NCBI GenBank assembly: GCA_030141605.1
Contig: JAQGDQ010000655.1
Coordinates: 1 to 64,000, forward strand
Reading direction: 5' to 3'
Length of the DNA: 64,000 nucleotides
DNA from: Tubiluchus corallicola
Taxonomy: Eukaryota; Animalia; Priapulida
The notes beneath the pieces are model-generated. The model searched no databases. It had not been told where the DNA came from and saw only the letters and a program-made list of their open reading frames with translations. Shown here piece by piece: positions 36,651 through 51,600 of this stretch. Numbering within the stretch: position 1 is the stretch's first letter; every line of letters begins with the position of its first letter. The position numbers and the translations under genes are program-made.

Positions 36651-39600
36651 CTACAACAATAAAACGACAAATGTAAAAAATTCGTTTTTCTGCTTTAAAT
36701 CTTTCTGCATGTTTCCAATAATTGCAAGAAACTGTTATAAAAAATGCAAGCCACTTTTGTTACTTAATGACAACATTCTTAATTAGAAAAAGGGAGTAAG
36801 AAACATTGAAATCGCAATCCAAGAACTAAAACATGAAACAAAACAAACCTTTCCATCGGCACCAAGTTGCGGCTTATTGAAACTAGGTGGCAGCTGAATC
36901 GGTTGAGGCTTATCCATTTTTACGCCGTCTTTACCCAAACCTGACTTCTGTTCCTGGCGAAAGAACGCAGAGTTTTCAATTTTTGAAGCAGTATGAGCAG
37001 TAAATATAATATTTATAAGTTTAAGCAGCTATTCAACACACACATTTGGGATAAATATTAGAAAGAAAATGTCTGTATTATTATTGAACCTGTAATAAAC
37101 GTGTGCCACCTTCAGTGCAGTCTTTAATAGTGATTGTAATAACACTCCTGCAGTCAATATACAAACCTCGTAGTAAGAACGGCAGAAGCCTTTTGACAAA
37201 ATCACATGCTAAACATTATACGCGCATGCAAAATGGTAGCGACCCGTTTCCTTTGTTACTGGAAAACGACGCAGACAGAACTTACCTTCCCGTCCAAGTT
37301 TTTGCCAAAAGCATTTTCCAGTTGAGATGCATCAACAGAATCTTTAGATTGAAACTAGAAGGTAAAAGAAACGAATGAAGGGATTCACTTTACAAATTAA
37401 TAAAACAAACAATCAGTGTTTATAACAACTGGCAGTACAGTGTTCCCTCGCTACTTCGCGGTTCGTTTATAGCGGACTCGCTGTTTCGCGGGTTTTCAAA
37501 AATGTTAATGTAAAATATTTATCGCGGTATTTTCGCTGTTTCGCGGGTTTTTGCGGTACTCCGTCTAAAGTATGTTTGCGCATGCGTAGTATGTACTGTA
37601 CCGCAATGTATAGATTTGATGAATTTTGCATAAAAAATCACAAAATGTATAAAAATGTATTAAAAATATTAATTCTAACATTAAAAGAATATTATAAATC
37701 ATAAAATAAGAGTGTGGGGAGGGTTTCTAAAAACTTAAAATAATGTATAACTACTAAAATAAGTATAGCGTCTCTACTTCGCGGAAATTCACTTATCCGC
37801 GGGTGGGCCTGGAACGGAACACCCGAGATAAGTGAGGGAACACTGTGTATTTCTAAATAACGAAGCTGTGAAAATAGTCGTGTTTGTATTGTTATGTTAG
37901 GGGCCACATACAGTTGCCAACTCTTCAACGTTCCGACAGGACCTTCTGTATTACTTTTCTCAAAGTATTAACCCGTTCATTATGGAAGGCGGTACACTGC
38001 CTATGTTTTTCACGCAAGAGACGGAAGGCGGTAGACAGCTGCCCAAGCTCAGCACTAAGTGTAATCACCCAGACCTGTTTATTTCACTGCTATGGCAATG
38101 CAAAAACATTGTAGAAAAGTTTAACAGACGTGGGATTGCAGTAGCTTTACAACAAGTATGCTAAACAGCCAATCAGCGTCAGAAGCCAAGTGCATTCCAC
38201 AATACTGTACTGTATGGTACCCGGGCAAAAACAGTTGTAGAACGTTGATGAAACGTTTAGTTGGTTGTTCTGCATTCTTATTATATTATTGCATATTATG
38301 GATTAGTATTACGTCTTTTAAGAAAACTGGTTTCTAAATATAAGTATGTGCTTATTTATGATGGTGTGGACGTGTGTGCGTGCGAGTGTGTGTGTGTGTG
38401 TGAATGCATATTATGTGTTACGTTAATATTAGTACTCAATAACGAACAACTATTTGTTTATTTACAAGATTCTGTTTTAGTAACACACTGCAAGAAGTTA
38501 TTGTCAGATGTAGAAAAGTCAATGTGGCCCAGTTAAAAAGTAACTATGTAGTGAAAGGGTTAAAAAGTAAAAAATATATCATTTCAACAACATTTGATTT
38601 GATTTAATTTTATACCTTTGCGAGATCTGGCTTCTGAATGGTCTTGCCCTTGCTGGGATCGGCGTCAACAATAAGGTCGGCATGTAAGATCATCTCACTT
38701 TGAGGCGAGGATTCCTCGCGCGACGATTTCATCGACTGGAAGACATATTAACCAGGAGGAGTTAAACGAGAAGTAGAGCATGTATAACTCGCTCGCACGA
38801 AATGAAACAACATCTTATTACATCAAATCTTACGCGCCCCGTTCAATGCATCAACACTTCGTCCAAGATTCTTTCTCCCTACAGAAGTTTACTTTACCCA
38901 TTATTCTACATGCTTTGGAGATATTGGCCTTCGGATGACAAGAGCTTATTAAAAACAGCGATTTTTTTAAATACAAGCACTGAACACTAACTAACTAGAA
39001 CAACCTAATTTATTTATTTTAAACTAGAAAGGAAATAAAATCCAAACAAAAACAAAAATCAACATGGCAACTTGATCAACGTATTCTGTACATTATAAAT
39101 AAATAAAACACAATTCGTAATTCACCAGGATACACAAACGGTTTTATGTACAAACACTGTGCAAACACAGCAAACGGTAGGGAAGCATCGTGGAGCGTCG
39201 GGAAACAAAGGATCATACTTTGGAGCTGCTAGACGGAGAACTCCACACGGAGGAAATGGAGCTGGAGGAAGTCGGCATATCACTCACTTCAATTCCGCTG
39301 TCCAGCTGACCCTCGTCTTTCTCCAACTTGCTGCCGGAAAGAACGAACACCTCCATTCCGGGAGAGGTAATGGATGGCGACGGAGGCAACAGCGGCTTCT
39401 CCCAGGCATTCACGGAAGGAGGCGGAGCCGGAAACGGATCTGGAACTGTAAAAAAATCCGAAATCAAACTATGGAAATGTAGCGGAGCAGCAACAATTGC
39501 AACGCAACAAGGAGAGCTGAAAGCCTAGTGGTTACAGTGTGTGCCTTTGAGGTTGAAGTTAAGCAGCACTAAAGCTAGTAGCCAAATGGTTTGTGGGTTC

Positions 39601-42600
39601 AATACTCGCTTAGACAGATTTCATTTGCTATACTGAAAACTATTTACCTTTTTTTGAGCAAGGCATATTCACATTAAAATGTGGCTAAGAGACTTTTTTC
39701 CGTTCAAGTCTTCTTAACAGAGATACCTCATTCACAGAACAAGTGAACAATGTCGCTTGCTTACTGGCAGACAACTAATATCAGCGACACACTCAACAGT
39801 CCTTGAGCATTGTTTCCAAACTCAACACTCATTTAAACTTAATCATTTGAAAATTTTAGATTCTGCTTAACAGTGAATTTGATTTGAACATTTTTAAAAC
39901 TCTTTTAACAAAAAGCTTCAGCCATAGCTTAGTAATCAACTTTCTTCTCTGCACTTGGAATTATTATAAAATAGTTGAAACTGCTTGTTTACAATGTTCT
40001 TTTTGTTTGGTGCAAAGGTTTCTCATATTACCACCCACAGGCACTGTGCAGAAAATAAATTATATTGGAGTAACATTTATTTTTTCTGTCATTTGGCTTT
40101 GTATCACACGATCTGTAAGTTTACAATTTAGCATTTGTCTTGGCTGCATCTCACAATGCTGATTTTTGTAATTTTTATATGCTGTATTTGTATTTATGTG
40201 GATTGTCGTGTGAACATGACCATAACTGATCGAAATGTTGCAGATGTTTGCTTTGAATAGAAGCCACGTCTTTGCTCAAGTGGCTGCTGGCTGTTATTTT
40301 CAGTTCAAGCTTTCATTTTATTTATCATAAGACACAGTAAAGTAGCAATTAATGTGCCAAGAGTCCAAGACAGGAAGAATAACCAGGCAGAATGGCACGT
40401 AGAAGAGCCGGCAGAATTATCATGAGAGTCTCAAGAAACAGTTTAGTCAATGTTTGGTCAGTTTAGCTAAACAGTGACCCCCAAGAAAATGGCTTCGACT
40501 TAACGTAAACAAGCAGTGCAAGTTATGTCATATGTGTCCACGTCAGTTATTTCTAAAGTACTGCAAGTATTTAGTAGTTCGGGTTCGTTTAGTTTTAGCA
40601 GACAACTACCTAAATTTGCTGCAGCTATAATAACTAAGAAAATTTTGACGAACGTTTTTAACCAACAGCTAACTCAAGACACTCAAGACACCGGAGATTT
40701 TGCTGTGACATTTGTCGTATAAGAGAGAGTCAACGATAAACTAACATAACAGTCACACAACTGCATACACATTAGACATATAATGCCCACTGTGCCAAAA
40801 ACTACACATTGAAGCTAATATCTGTGAGAAAAAAATCCATCGATCCATCTATTGAAGAAAGATCGGAGGCTGGAGACATTTTAAACATACTAGATGTAAC
40901 TTCTTGTTTGGTTTGCTTAACCTCAACGCTCCTGATTATGCCAAAAAATATATAAAATGCGATTCAAATGAAACTCCTCACTTCAATATCATTTTCTGAT
41001 AAAATGGAAGGTGATTGACAGTAAACCCAATGGAGAAAGAACTACCTTTTGAGGCTTGCTGTTGCTGCTGTTCTTGCTGCTGACGCTGTTGTTCTTCCTG
41101 TTTTTGCTGGTTCATCAAGTCGTACGCTTCGTTAATGTCCCACATTTCCGGAGTTGGCATGGTGTCGTTCAACTTGTTAAGTTTATTGTTTTCGCGCTGC
41201 TTGGCCAGCCGAGGAGGTAGCTTGTTTCGAGGACGCTCGAACGAACTGGAACGACCCTTTTTCTTCTCGGCCAACTTTGCTGAGATCTGTGAAAGAAATT
41301 CCTATTAACAAAAGATCTTAAACTAATCATAAGACGAAATGACAGCGAAATTACTTTAGTGATGTCATAAATCTGAAACTGCCGAACCTGAATCTAATTT
41401 TATAATGATTTTCGAAACTGCGTCAAATCCAAATCTTAAAATTTAAATATTTTCGAAACCGAATCAAATTTGATTTCTCACAGACATTTCTTTAAAGCAA
41501 ATCTTACTCGAATGGCACTGGGTGCCATTACCTGCACCTGCTGTAAAAAAAACCTGCACATGTACAGCGTTGTGCCATTTAAAGAAATACAAGAAATCTT
41601 AGTATGTTAATCGATGCACTTAAAATCGTAATCTGGTGCAAGTTTTTGTGTAAGATTTCATGACTGGAACAAAAATTGAAATTGAATAAGGTGACCAAGC
41701 AGGTCAATGCCATCTTAAAAATGCAACAATTAAGTAGTTTTGCTAAAACCATTAAAAGTAAAAGAGTGTACAACTGATTTCGTAATAAAGTGCTAGCGAA
41801 ATGCCCGTGCAGTTGAAGATATACCGATTTAAAAAAAAATAACATAGCATTTCAGCAAATCGAATCGAATCAAACCTTCGATTTGGATTCGGTTTCGAAA
41901 CTCCAGTTCTGGAGGAGCTTTGTGACATCCCTAAAAATGGTATGATGAACGGCAGAGTGGTCTTAATAGACTGTAGTCACGCTCACGGGTCTCCCACCAG
42001 TAAACAGGAAGTGACATGACAATGAAATTGCCTTGAAGCAGTTTTCCTGGCAACGAACAATCCATCTGCTAACAAGACTTGGCGCTGTTCAACTTTCTCG
42101 CGTTTGTGACCACTCAATCCGCAATAAATAAGCATTGCCTCGACATTACTCTGGAGCGGAAACTCGTCACGTTCGTTAACCTTTGACCTACACACATACG
42201 TACAATGCAGCTGAAGTCTGCAAAGGTTGCTAAGATCAATAAATCAATGACATTTCTATACCTCCTCCTTGTCCTTTTTCTTCTTCTCGATGTTCTGCTT
42301 CCGAATCTGCTCCTCGATCGCGGCTTTTTGACGCTCCTTCAGTTTTTTACGGGACATTACTTCCTGAAAGCCGTCGCCGCCGTCAAAGTTGTACAGCGTG
42401 TCGTCGTCGCCAGTCATGAGGGGCTTATCATCGATTACAACGACACCTAGACCAATCAGAAGGGAACTAATTACCATGATAACAAAGTGACTGACGAAAT
42501 TAAGAAAATATGTGTTGATGCGAATTAGGCAATAATGTGCTCAAAGTGAATGAATACAGAACTATTATTGTTATTACTATTGTTATAACTCTTTTATTAA

Positions 42601-45600
42601 CCTCTTTTTGCAGGTATACAAGGAATCACTTCAACGTAATACATCCAAAGGAAATACAATTATACATTATGACACAGGTAACAAAAGCACAACTAGATCC
42701 AAAAACGAAAGTCACACGAAAAGACATTATGAATAATTGTAGACAATGGTAAGAAGTTGACACACAATACTCAGATGTTGTTTGTACATATAATACAAGA
42801 AAAATAATTACACAAAATACAACATTCACGTACAAACTATATAAATAATCACAACTAGAACAAGTAGTAACTATGGTTCAGAAAGTTTGCCCACATTTAT
42901 GTTAAGCTTACTCGTAGCTGTTTCAAATTTCTTCGTAACGCAATGATGCGAGTTTAGGACACGATCGTGGTGGTTTGTGATAGCCAAGGACATCAAATAT
43001 AAACTACATTTTTGCTTGGAAAATTTCAAAACACGTGCGAGGTCTTTGATAACGTGTTACCAATTCAATTACATTTTTGGGCGGACCACAAAAAGTTTTA
43101 GTTTTGAGAATGTTTAAAGTTGAATCGTGGAACATCTAAATTCAGTTAATTTCAAAGTAAATGTTCTAAAATTTCTCCGTTGCACATTTTTACAGTTTCT
43201 TTTTCAGTTTTTCTTCTTTTGCATTAATAAATTATCACACAACTTTTGATTCTCAACCAGTATCTCTTTTTTTGTAAACTATGAAGTTTTCAATTATGGT
43301 ATAAATGGCAACACTGTTCGGGGTGAACGTCAGTTTTGTGAGGAATGCTGAGAGTTAGCTGTAAAGAAACAACATGGCTGTGCCCTCGATGAAACAATGA
43401 TGTCATAATAATCATTGCATTTTACGTTTCAAATTTTAAAAAATACGTTTTGATGTGAGCCTCAATGAAACAACGATGTTATAATAATTATTGCGTTTTA
43501 CGTTTTAAATTTTAAAAAATACGCTTTGATGTGAGCCTCAATGAAACAACAATGTTATAATAATCATCGCGCTTTACGTTTTAAATTTTAAAAAATACGC
43601 TTGATGTGAGCCTCAATGAAACAACAATGTTATAATAATCATCGCGCTTTACGTTTTAAATTTTAAAACATACGAGGTAGGTATATGAACGCCACACTGG
43701 TGCCATAAAAAAATTACCCAGACGACTAGACAGAAACAGAAATATTTTTTGTGGGCTTTATCCCATTGCATAGTCGTACTAGTCTATTGGGTTCAATTTG
43801 TTCCAGAGGCAAAAACCAAAGCTGATTAAATAATATAAATTAAACGTTTTACGAATTTTATTCATATTTCTACTCATTAATGAGTAGCTGCATGCTTGAA
43901 ACTATTTATCTTTCTTACTAGGACCTAGCTAGCAGTTTCTCTTTCACTGATGTTGAAGCCTAGGCAGTGGCTAAACACTACACAGTGAAAGCCAAGCCCT
44001 GGGGCGACCTTGCGGCAATTTTATCTAAATATTTAGTCTGGTTGCTATAGTAACAAGTTGCAGGCAAAATTGCTTGCACAAAGTTTGCACGGAGGTCTCA
44101 CAGATAGCATTTAGTAGTCAGTCGGGAAGCACAAACGTATACTTGTATAATAATTGCACCATTTATGTTACAAGTGAGTTTTTAGAACTGAATAACACAA
44201 TATGTGCTGTTTTAGAGTATCAAAATTAGATAAAAAAGTTGTTGATAAAATAAAAAAATGTTTCTGACCAAAGTAAAAAATCGTCATTAAATCAAACGTG
44301 CATTGTGAAGTGAACAACAGGTGTCAAATGTTCAGCATCATTAAAAATGAAACGTCATTAAATGGGGAATCATCAAGTATATTAACGCTTAAATACAAAC
44401 TAACTGTATTTAACCCATTTTACGTTCATAAACAATGCAAGAAAGTTTTCGACATGCTACTTACTCGCATAATTGTTCAAGTCGATGTGCGCCAACGCAT
44501 CCGCCTTATCCTTGTCTTGCTTCAATGGCTTCGAGACGTCCGTGAGGTCTGGCTTCCTCGTCACAGATTTCCTGGAATGAAATTGTACAATAGGAGTGAC
44601 TTACAAAAGCTGAAGCGGGATCAATTGTACCGATGCTCCACTGATGCCAAACGCATGAACTTTTTGTGCCCAATGCACCTGGTAATATCTTATGCCGCAG
44701 AAAGTCATGCGTATTTAAAGCAAGACAGGATGATTTTCCATATACTACCCCATTTTCCAGTCTGATAAAACTTATACATTATAACACAATTAATACTGCA
44801 AAAGCGTTCCTGATAATTAAATAATCTTTTAAAAACTTAATCAACGGTAGACAAGCCCAACTATTGATGACATCACAAACTAACATAATTTTCTACAGCA
44901 AAAATATTCCATGAGCGTGTTGCACGTGTTTGTGCAAGCAAAAATTGAAGTACAGTGCTACTGTAAGAGATTCAGTGTGTTGTACTAAGACTCCGCAAGT
45001 TTTAAGATAAAAATTCAAATTTCAAATTAAGCGCTGTGCTCACGCAATGGCTGTCGAATGTGCGCAATTCATCACAAACTAACACATCTGAACTGGGAGG
45101 CACAGCACCTGTTTTTTGTGCTCATCTAACTAGTGAATGGCAAAAAGCATGTAAACAGCGAAGAACTGGTGGCTCGTATGCAAAATTGTGTTTGTGTGGT
45201 AATAACTCTTTCACGTAACAAATTTTTGAAAAAAAATAGTATGTTTCCAGTCCTGTCTTTACTTTCTTGTTAACTTTACTGAAAGGAGTTATATGATGGT
45301 TTTGCTAGAACAGATATCGGGTTATTGCTAAAAGCTCTAATTCAGATCGAATGTTCCATTTGAAATAATTGATTTAAAAAAAATCAAGTGACATTTCACG
45401 ATCAAAAGTGTAACATTGCGTTCAGAACTTACTTGTTCGATAGATCAGCTAGAGCAGTTTGTATCGCCTGGGGGTTGTTATGCACAATTTCTTCTAGGCG
45501 ATAGACAGCATTCGTGTTTCTTCCAGCTCCTGGCGCTTTCGACGTGTTCTTGCCCTGCGCGTTTCTGTACACGTTACCATTAGGTCGGCCGTCCCGATCC

Positions 45601-48600
45601 TTCCTGTCAGAATGTTTCTGGCGATCACTTCTCTCCTGTCGGTCGCTTTTCGACTGCCAGTAACTTCTGTCCGGCCCACTAGCTGTTCTTCGAGGATTGC
45701 TTCTTCGATCGCTGCTCGGCCTCTGACTGGAGAAGCTCTTCTTCACTGTGCTGCCGGTGCTCTCTTTTTTAGTATCTTCGCCTCTTGTTTCGGCGTGAGC
45801 AGTCTCTGCCGACTGCGACTTGGAGACTCTGGCAGCAAAATCGCTGCTCTCTGAAGCGGTCTCCCATTCTTCGTTAGCTATATCAGAAGAGTTCTGCTTC
45901 CTCAAAGGCGGAGGAGCTTTATTAGCACGGGAGGCGTTGCTGCCGCCTCGATTATTGCGACCGCGGCCTCGGCCCCGTCCGCGAGGAGCGTAATCTTCGT
46001 AGTTCCAGTAATTACTGTGCGGATCTCCCCTGCCTCGCTGGAATCGGGGCGGCGGAGCAGGACGCCGGTCATAACTTCCACCTCTACTGTACTGCCGGTA
46101 TCCACGCGATCCATCCGATCTGCGCTCGCTCCTCTCTGGCCTTTCACCCTTCTTTTCCCTTTCGTCATTTCTCTGAGAGTTTTTCTCATTAGATGCTCTC
46201 TCCTTTCCTTCTTTTTTTGAATCCGACTTTACAAGATCCTCTTTAGGATTGTCCAAATCCTTTTTCAGTGATTCTGTGGACTTCTGATCTTCTTTTTTGT
46301 CATCCCTCTTCTTATTGTCACTCTTTTCTCCCCTATCTTTTACGCTTTCCTTGTCGGCCGAAAAATATCGACTGTTGTCATACGAACGATCGTAGCGATT
46401 TCTGTAACCGCCTCGCGAAGCGCCTCGACTTCCACGCGCACTGTAGCTTCCTCGACCTCTTCGAGACGGTACCCCGCGAGGAGTAAAACCGCCCTTGTTG
46501 CCACCACGATCCCGCGAAGTGTTACCATAGTCTTTGACCGCGTTGTCTCCACGCTTCGATTGTTCCTGCTTCTTGTTGGATTTCTTCTCGGTTTTCTCAG
46601 CAGATTCTACGGTAGATTCACTTATGTCGGCCGACTCATCATCAGAATCGTCATCTCTGCTTCGAAGCCTTGACGGCCCCTTATCCCAGTCCTCTTCCGA
46701 TGACGTCACATCGCTCTCCTCTTTGCGATCGGCCTTCTTTGACAAGTTTTTCTTTGGTGCAACGTCTTTCGAAACAAAAACGTCTTGGTAAGCAGAAGGA
46801 GCCGATCCCGACCGATCTCCACGTCCACGACCGCCTCGATGCGAACTGTAACCACTTCGACCGCGTCGGCCGGAATATTCGCCACGTCCACGACCTCTAC
46901 CCCGGGGATATCCGCGGTAGCCTCCCCTGTCTCTATAATCGTCTCGTTTATCCCAGTAATCATAATCGTAGTCCCTATCTTTAAAACGCTTTGTAGGCGG
47001 CTTATCGTCGTCCTTTTTCTTAACCGTCTGCTGTTTATTCGTGTGAGACTTTGCATCCTTGCCGTCATCTTTTCTAGGTTTCTCGGTTTCGTTTCCGACT
47101 GGTTTTGCGCCAGTTTCAGTTTGTTGGGTCGAAGGTTTTGGCTCCTTTTCGGCTTTTTCGGCTGGCTTCTCGGACTCTTTATGCTTGAGAATTATCTTCG
47201 GAGCATCTGGAGGGGCTCTGTTTTCCTTGTTCTGCTCCTCCTGCTTGGGCTCTTTCTTCTCAGCCACCGGGACAATTTTTGGAGAGTCGGTTTTCCGTTC
47301 TGTAGAAGCCGAAGATGAATTGGACACCGTAGAAGCCGACCGTTTCAATCCGGAATTGCGAATGATCATCGGGGCAGGTGAGCGGGACATTTCCGGATGT
47401 AACGCATCCCAGTCTGGAGCACCTGTGCAAGATACATTTCAAAAAAGGTGAAAATTTCATTAACACATGGCACACACAAATACAACAAAATACGACACTA
47501 AGGTTAGTTTTATAACATCCTATTACAGTCAGAGCCAGCTATATAAATGCATTGCCATATACTAACAATTTGGCATGCTTCCAATACAGTTAAGCAATTC
47601 ACAAATCTATTTATAAATATTTTACAGCATCTGTTTGTAATCAGTACTGAAACCTGTAAACAAGATGACGTCTAAGTCGCACAAACCCGACGGAAACATC
47701 GCCATTTTAAAAAGTTCATGCTGTACAACTCTCGTAAAACTATCAAATTAAGTTTCTTGAAGAACCACCACTAGTGGCAAATTTGTGATTTTAATACTTT
47801 GTTACAAACGTCTACCGTAAATATAAACACACAAAGTGTCTCACTATTTTTCTCTGTGAAAGATTCGTCTAATGGCTCGTCACCCCAAGCAAGTAGAGAG
47901 CCCGTTGAATCTTTAGCTCCAGATTTTTTGGTGTCTTCTAGTGAGGTCTCTTTCCAGGCATTGTCGGCCTCCTCTTTCAGGGATGACTGAGAGCTCGACT
48001 TTTTTGCCGCCCTGCGAAGATATAGTGTAAGTGTAAGCGTAAGTGTAAAAATATTTGTAGTTTAAGTAAGAACTGCTGAATTTGATTGAAAAAAGTGACA
48101 GTCAGTTTTAGAAAGGGAAAAGGAAATGTGGCAGGAGTAGCCACAAAAATTTCTTAGATCAAACTACAGTCAACCACGGATATAAGGGGCACCTCGGGAC
48201 CGGAAAAAAGCCATCCCTTATATCCGATGTCCCTTATAGCCGAAATTGAGTCAGACCGAGAGTGTATCTAGACCTGTACTTTTACCCCATATTTTTATGG
48301 ATTATTTGCTACACATTCAGTGCAAACGGTATGTAGGAAGCTCTTTCAGTGATGCGAGATGTATGCGACGGCGGAAACCGACCTGTTCAAAGGCAGAGTT
48401 TGCAAAAAATTGAGGTTAAAAATTGATCAATTTCACTTATATCATAGGATCCCTTATATGCAAGTAATTTAGCTGGGTTTCTATTATGCGGGACCTGAAG
48501 ATATCGTCCCTTATATCCGAGTACCTTATATAAGAAGATTTTTACATAGGAAAAACGTTACGAAAAATCGGGACCGGTGTTGGTGGTCCCTTATAAGCGA

Positions 48601-51600
48601 GTGTCCTTTATAAGCGAGTACCTTATACCTGAGGTTGACCGTATTTTAATCTTTATTAACATAATCTAAAATTCAAAAAAAGGATTAGCCTTATTTACTT
48701 TCGTGTTTTGCTATAAAAAAACTTGTTACTGGAAATATCGTTGACAAGACAATCTGACCTCTGCATTTAGCTCACCGTGTGTGTACTCTAAATAAAACCA
48801 GATCTCTATGACTGAGCTAATAATGATTTTTAGCGTGCATAAAGCGACGGGGAATATTAGCGATTTTGGAAGGACAACTACAATATTTCCAAAATTGCAC
48901 TTGCCAAACATTAAATCTTTTTTAGTCCAAACTGTAGTAACAAAACACAAAACACGTAGCCCAAACAGCCATTACATCACAAATAATATGTTAATTTAAA
49001 AACTTAATTAATTAAATTATGTGAAAAAATTACCGCTCATCACGCGACACGCTACTTCTGGAATCCTTCGACCGGCTAGATTCGCGAGAATCCCTCGACT
49101 TCACCGAATCACGAGATTTCACCGAGTCACGCGACTTCACCGAGTCGCGACTTTCCGGACGCTGCGGTCGCTGCAAGTGGTCAGGCGCCTCATCGAAAGG
49201 ATCTCGCTGGACAGTGGCTAGTTGACTCGAAGTTTCAGACTTCTTGTTGTCGTCACTGCGACTAGATTTTCTGGCTTGATCGGTCTTATCTGCCTTGGGA
49301 GCCTCCTCTCTGCAAAAAGAACAAACTCAATGGCTACGAAGTATCTGCAAGCAAATCGTTAAAAATAACAAGTTCAATTACTCGCTTATAGGCAAAAGAC
49401 ACCATCAGAGAGTGTGTAACTAAATGCATTCAGCATCGTTAGGTGGTCAGAAATAAATTCTCATCAAATGGTGAGAGCAAAGTAATTAATTTGTATGGAA
49501 AGTTTACATTCGTCACTTGGCTTCTTTATGAGCTCAAACTTATATTTAGTTTTAATAATTGAAAAACTAAAAACCTCACGGCTAAGGCCGTAATGTTTTT
49601 GATGTCAAACTGAACGAACGAAGTTTGTTTTTGACACTAGCACCGCGAACATACCCTAATTACTGAAAAGCTGCCAGTGGGAAATGTGCATGTAGTCGAG
49701 TTTTCAAAGTTACATTATAAAGCAAACAAAATCATTAAGTAACAGGTCTGGCCTACCAAGTGTTAAGGAGAGAATAACCATCTTCAATAGTTTCACAGAT
49801 GGTCGCAGTTTCGCAATACTTTTGCAGTTTTTATTTTACAAACCTTATCAATTTCACTCTTACTCAACGCATAACTCAGGGATAAGAATGACAAATTGCA
49901 AAAACTCTGAAACAGGCCGACGGTTTGGGGGCCGCTCTCAATTTTGTGACCATAGAGAGCCTCTAAGTGGACTTAAAATATCAATTACCTTGTTTCATTC
50001 ATAATTTAAAATACCCAACTACCAAGAATGCATGATAAATATGATCGTGAAGCTTCAAAAAATTAACAAATTTAATTTTGTATATATTTTGTTGCCTATA
50101 TTTCATAAATAATAAAATTAAACTTGGTTTTATTCAAATTACGCTTTCGTATTTCGGTTGTTTGTGTCTGGAGGCTTCAAAGCTTCACATTTATCAGCAA
50201 TAAAGATATGCCGCATTGCCGTAAAAGGCTGCTACAAATCATACAGATTATCAAATAAACGATATTTACGCTTTATTTGAACTATCTCAGCCAAAATTTT
50301 TCAGCGATTTTTAACATCTAGGAGATAAAAGGATAAATACCTTGAAAAAATGCTACTGAAAGTTTCGACGAAAACGGCGTTCGACCCCGAAAAATTTTCT
50401 CAGCGAATTTACGCGATTTACAAAAATGGCACTACTGGTCTTCCAAAAACTGGGAATTCCGTGTATCCGAAAAAAATTCTCATCCCTGATAACTAACAGT
50501 TCTTGTAAGTGTGTGCCTAGCTTTTTTTATAACCATATTTTTATTTTTGTAGAACAAGAATAAACCTTTGGCCACAGTTACCACTGATAAAGAGCCCTCG
50601 GGAAGACGAAATGGTATACAAGTGGTGTACAGATGAAATTATAGAAATAGATTAATGTACAAAGAAATACGTGTATTAGTACAATGCTGTGTACTAAAAA
50701 ACAAAAGGCATAAAATGTACCACACAAATAAGCGAAGCGACGAGTATTTTTATATGTATGAACAACATCAAATATAGCTATATTTTGGTGATGGTTTAGG
50801 AGGGTACTACCATTTAAGAGTATACTAATTAGAGATTTGGTATCCAAAAGAAAAATGTCAAATGGAATAATATTATTTCAAATTGGATAACTTGTGTATG
50901 AGTTACTCTCTACTTACAGCATACAGCAGGACATTTGAGCAAACAATGGGTAATAGATTCAATATAATAATCACAAGAACATTTTTTACCTACATTATCA
51001 CTAGAATCTTTGCAGCCATGCGGGTTTAAATGATGATTAAGCTAAGAAAAACCTATTCTTAAGTGAACATGGTGTATACAGTACGGAATTTTACCATGAG
51101 TTAAATATTTGGGTCTGTTTATGAAACCGAAGTAATTCTTTAAATAACGTTTGAAGCTACTGATCGAGGTTAATAATAGCCTAGCTTATAAATGAAATAT
51201 CTACTCTCTGAAAAGCTTTTATATAGGTTATACCTGTTAGCCAAGCAGTGTTTGATTAAAAGCCGATTGTTTTTTTTATATAAATGTACTTAAGATTGTA
51301 ATGTTTCTTATCAAATAAAAATATTGTTTAAACTAATAGTTTTGCATGCCATTTTAATTCTCTCAAAGCCGTTTTGTGGTGGCATGAAAGCTAAAAGAAA
51401 AACACAACAAACCTCTTCTCCTTATAATCATCTCTCTTAGAATCCGGATCCCGTTTTTCCCGGTCCAGAACGGTTATCCGTTCTCGAGGCTCTTTGCGAT
51501 CATCGTGATGGGAAGACCTCTCGAAAGAACTGCGCCTGTACTCGACCAACCGGTAGCCCTTTCCGCCTCTCCGTTTCTCTTCGTACTGCGACCCGCCTAG

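Noticed and set aside
40790-40935. Possible extra PRRC2 exon (SVEVKQTKQEVTSSMFK...)
   Set aside because: Acceptor phase does not match the upstream phase-1 donor, and the flanking exons already join in frame.
34098-47451. Many plus-strand ORFs overlapping PRRC2 exons
   Set aside because: Antisense shadows of GC-richer coding exons.
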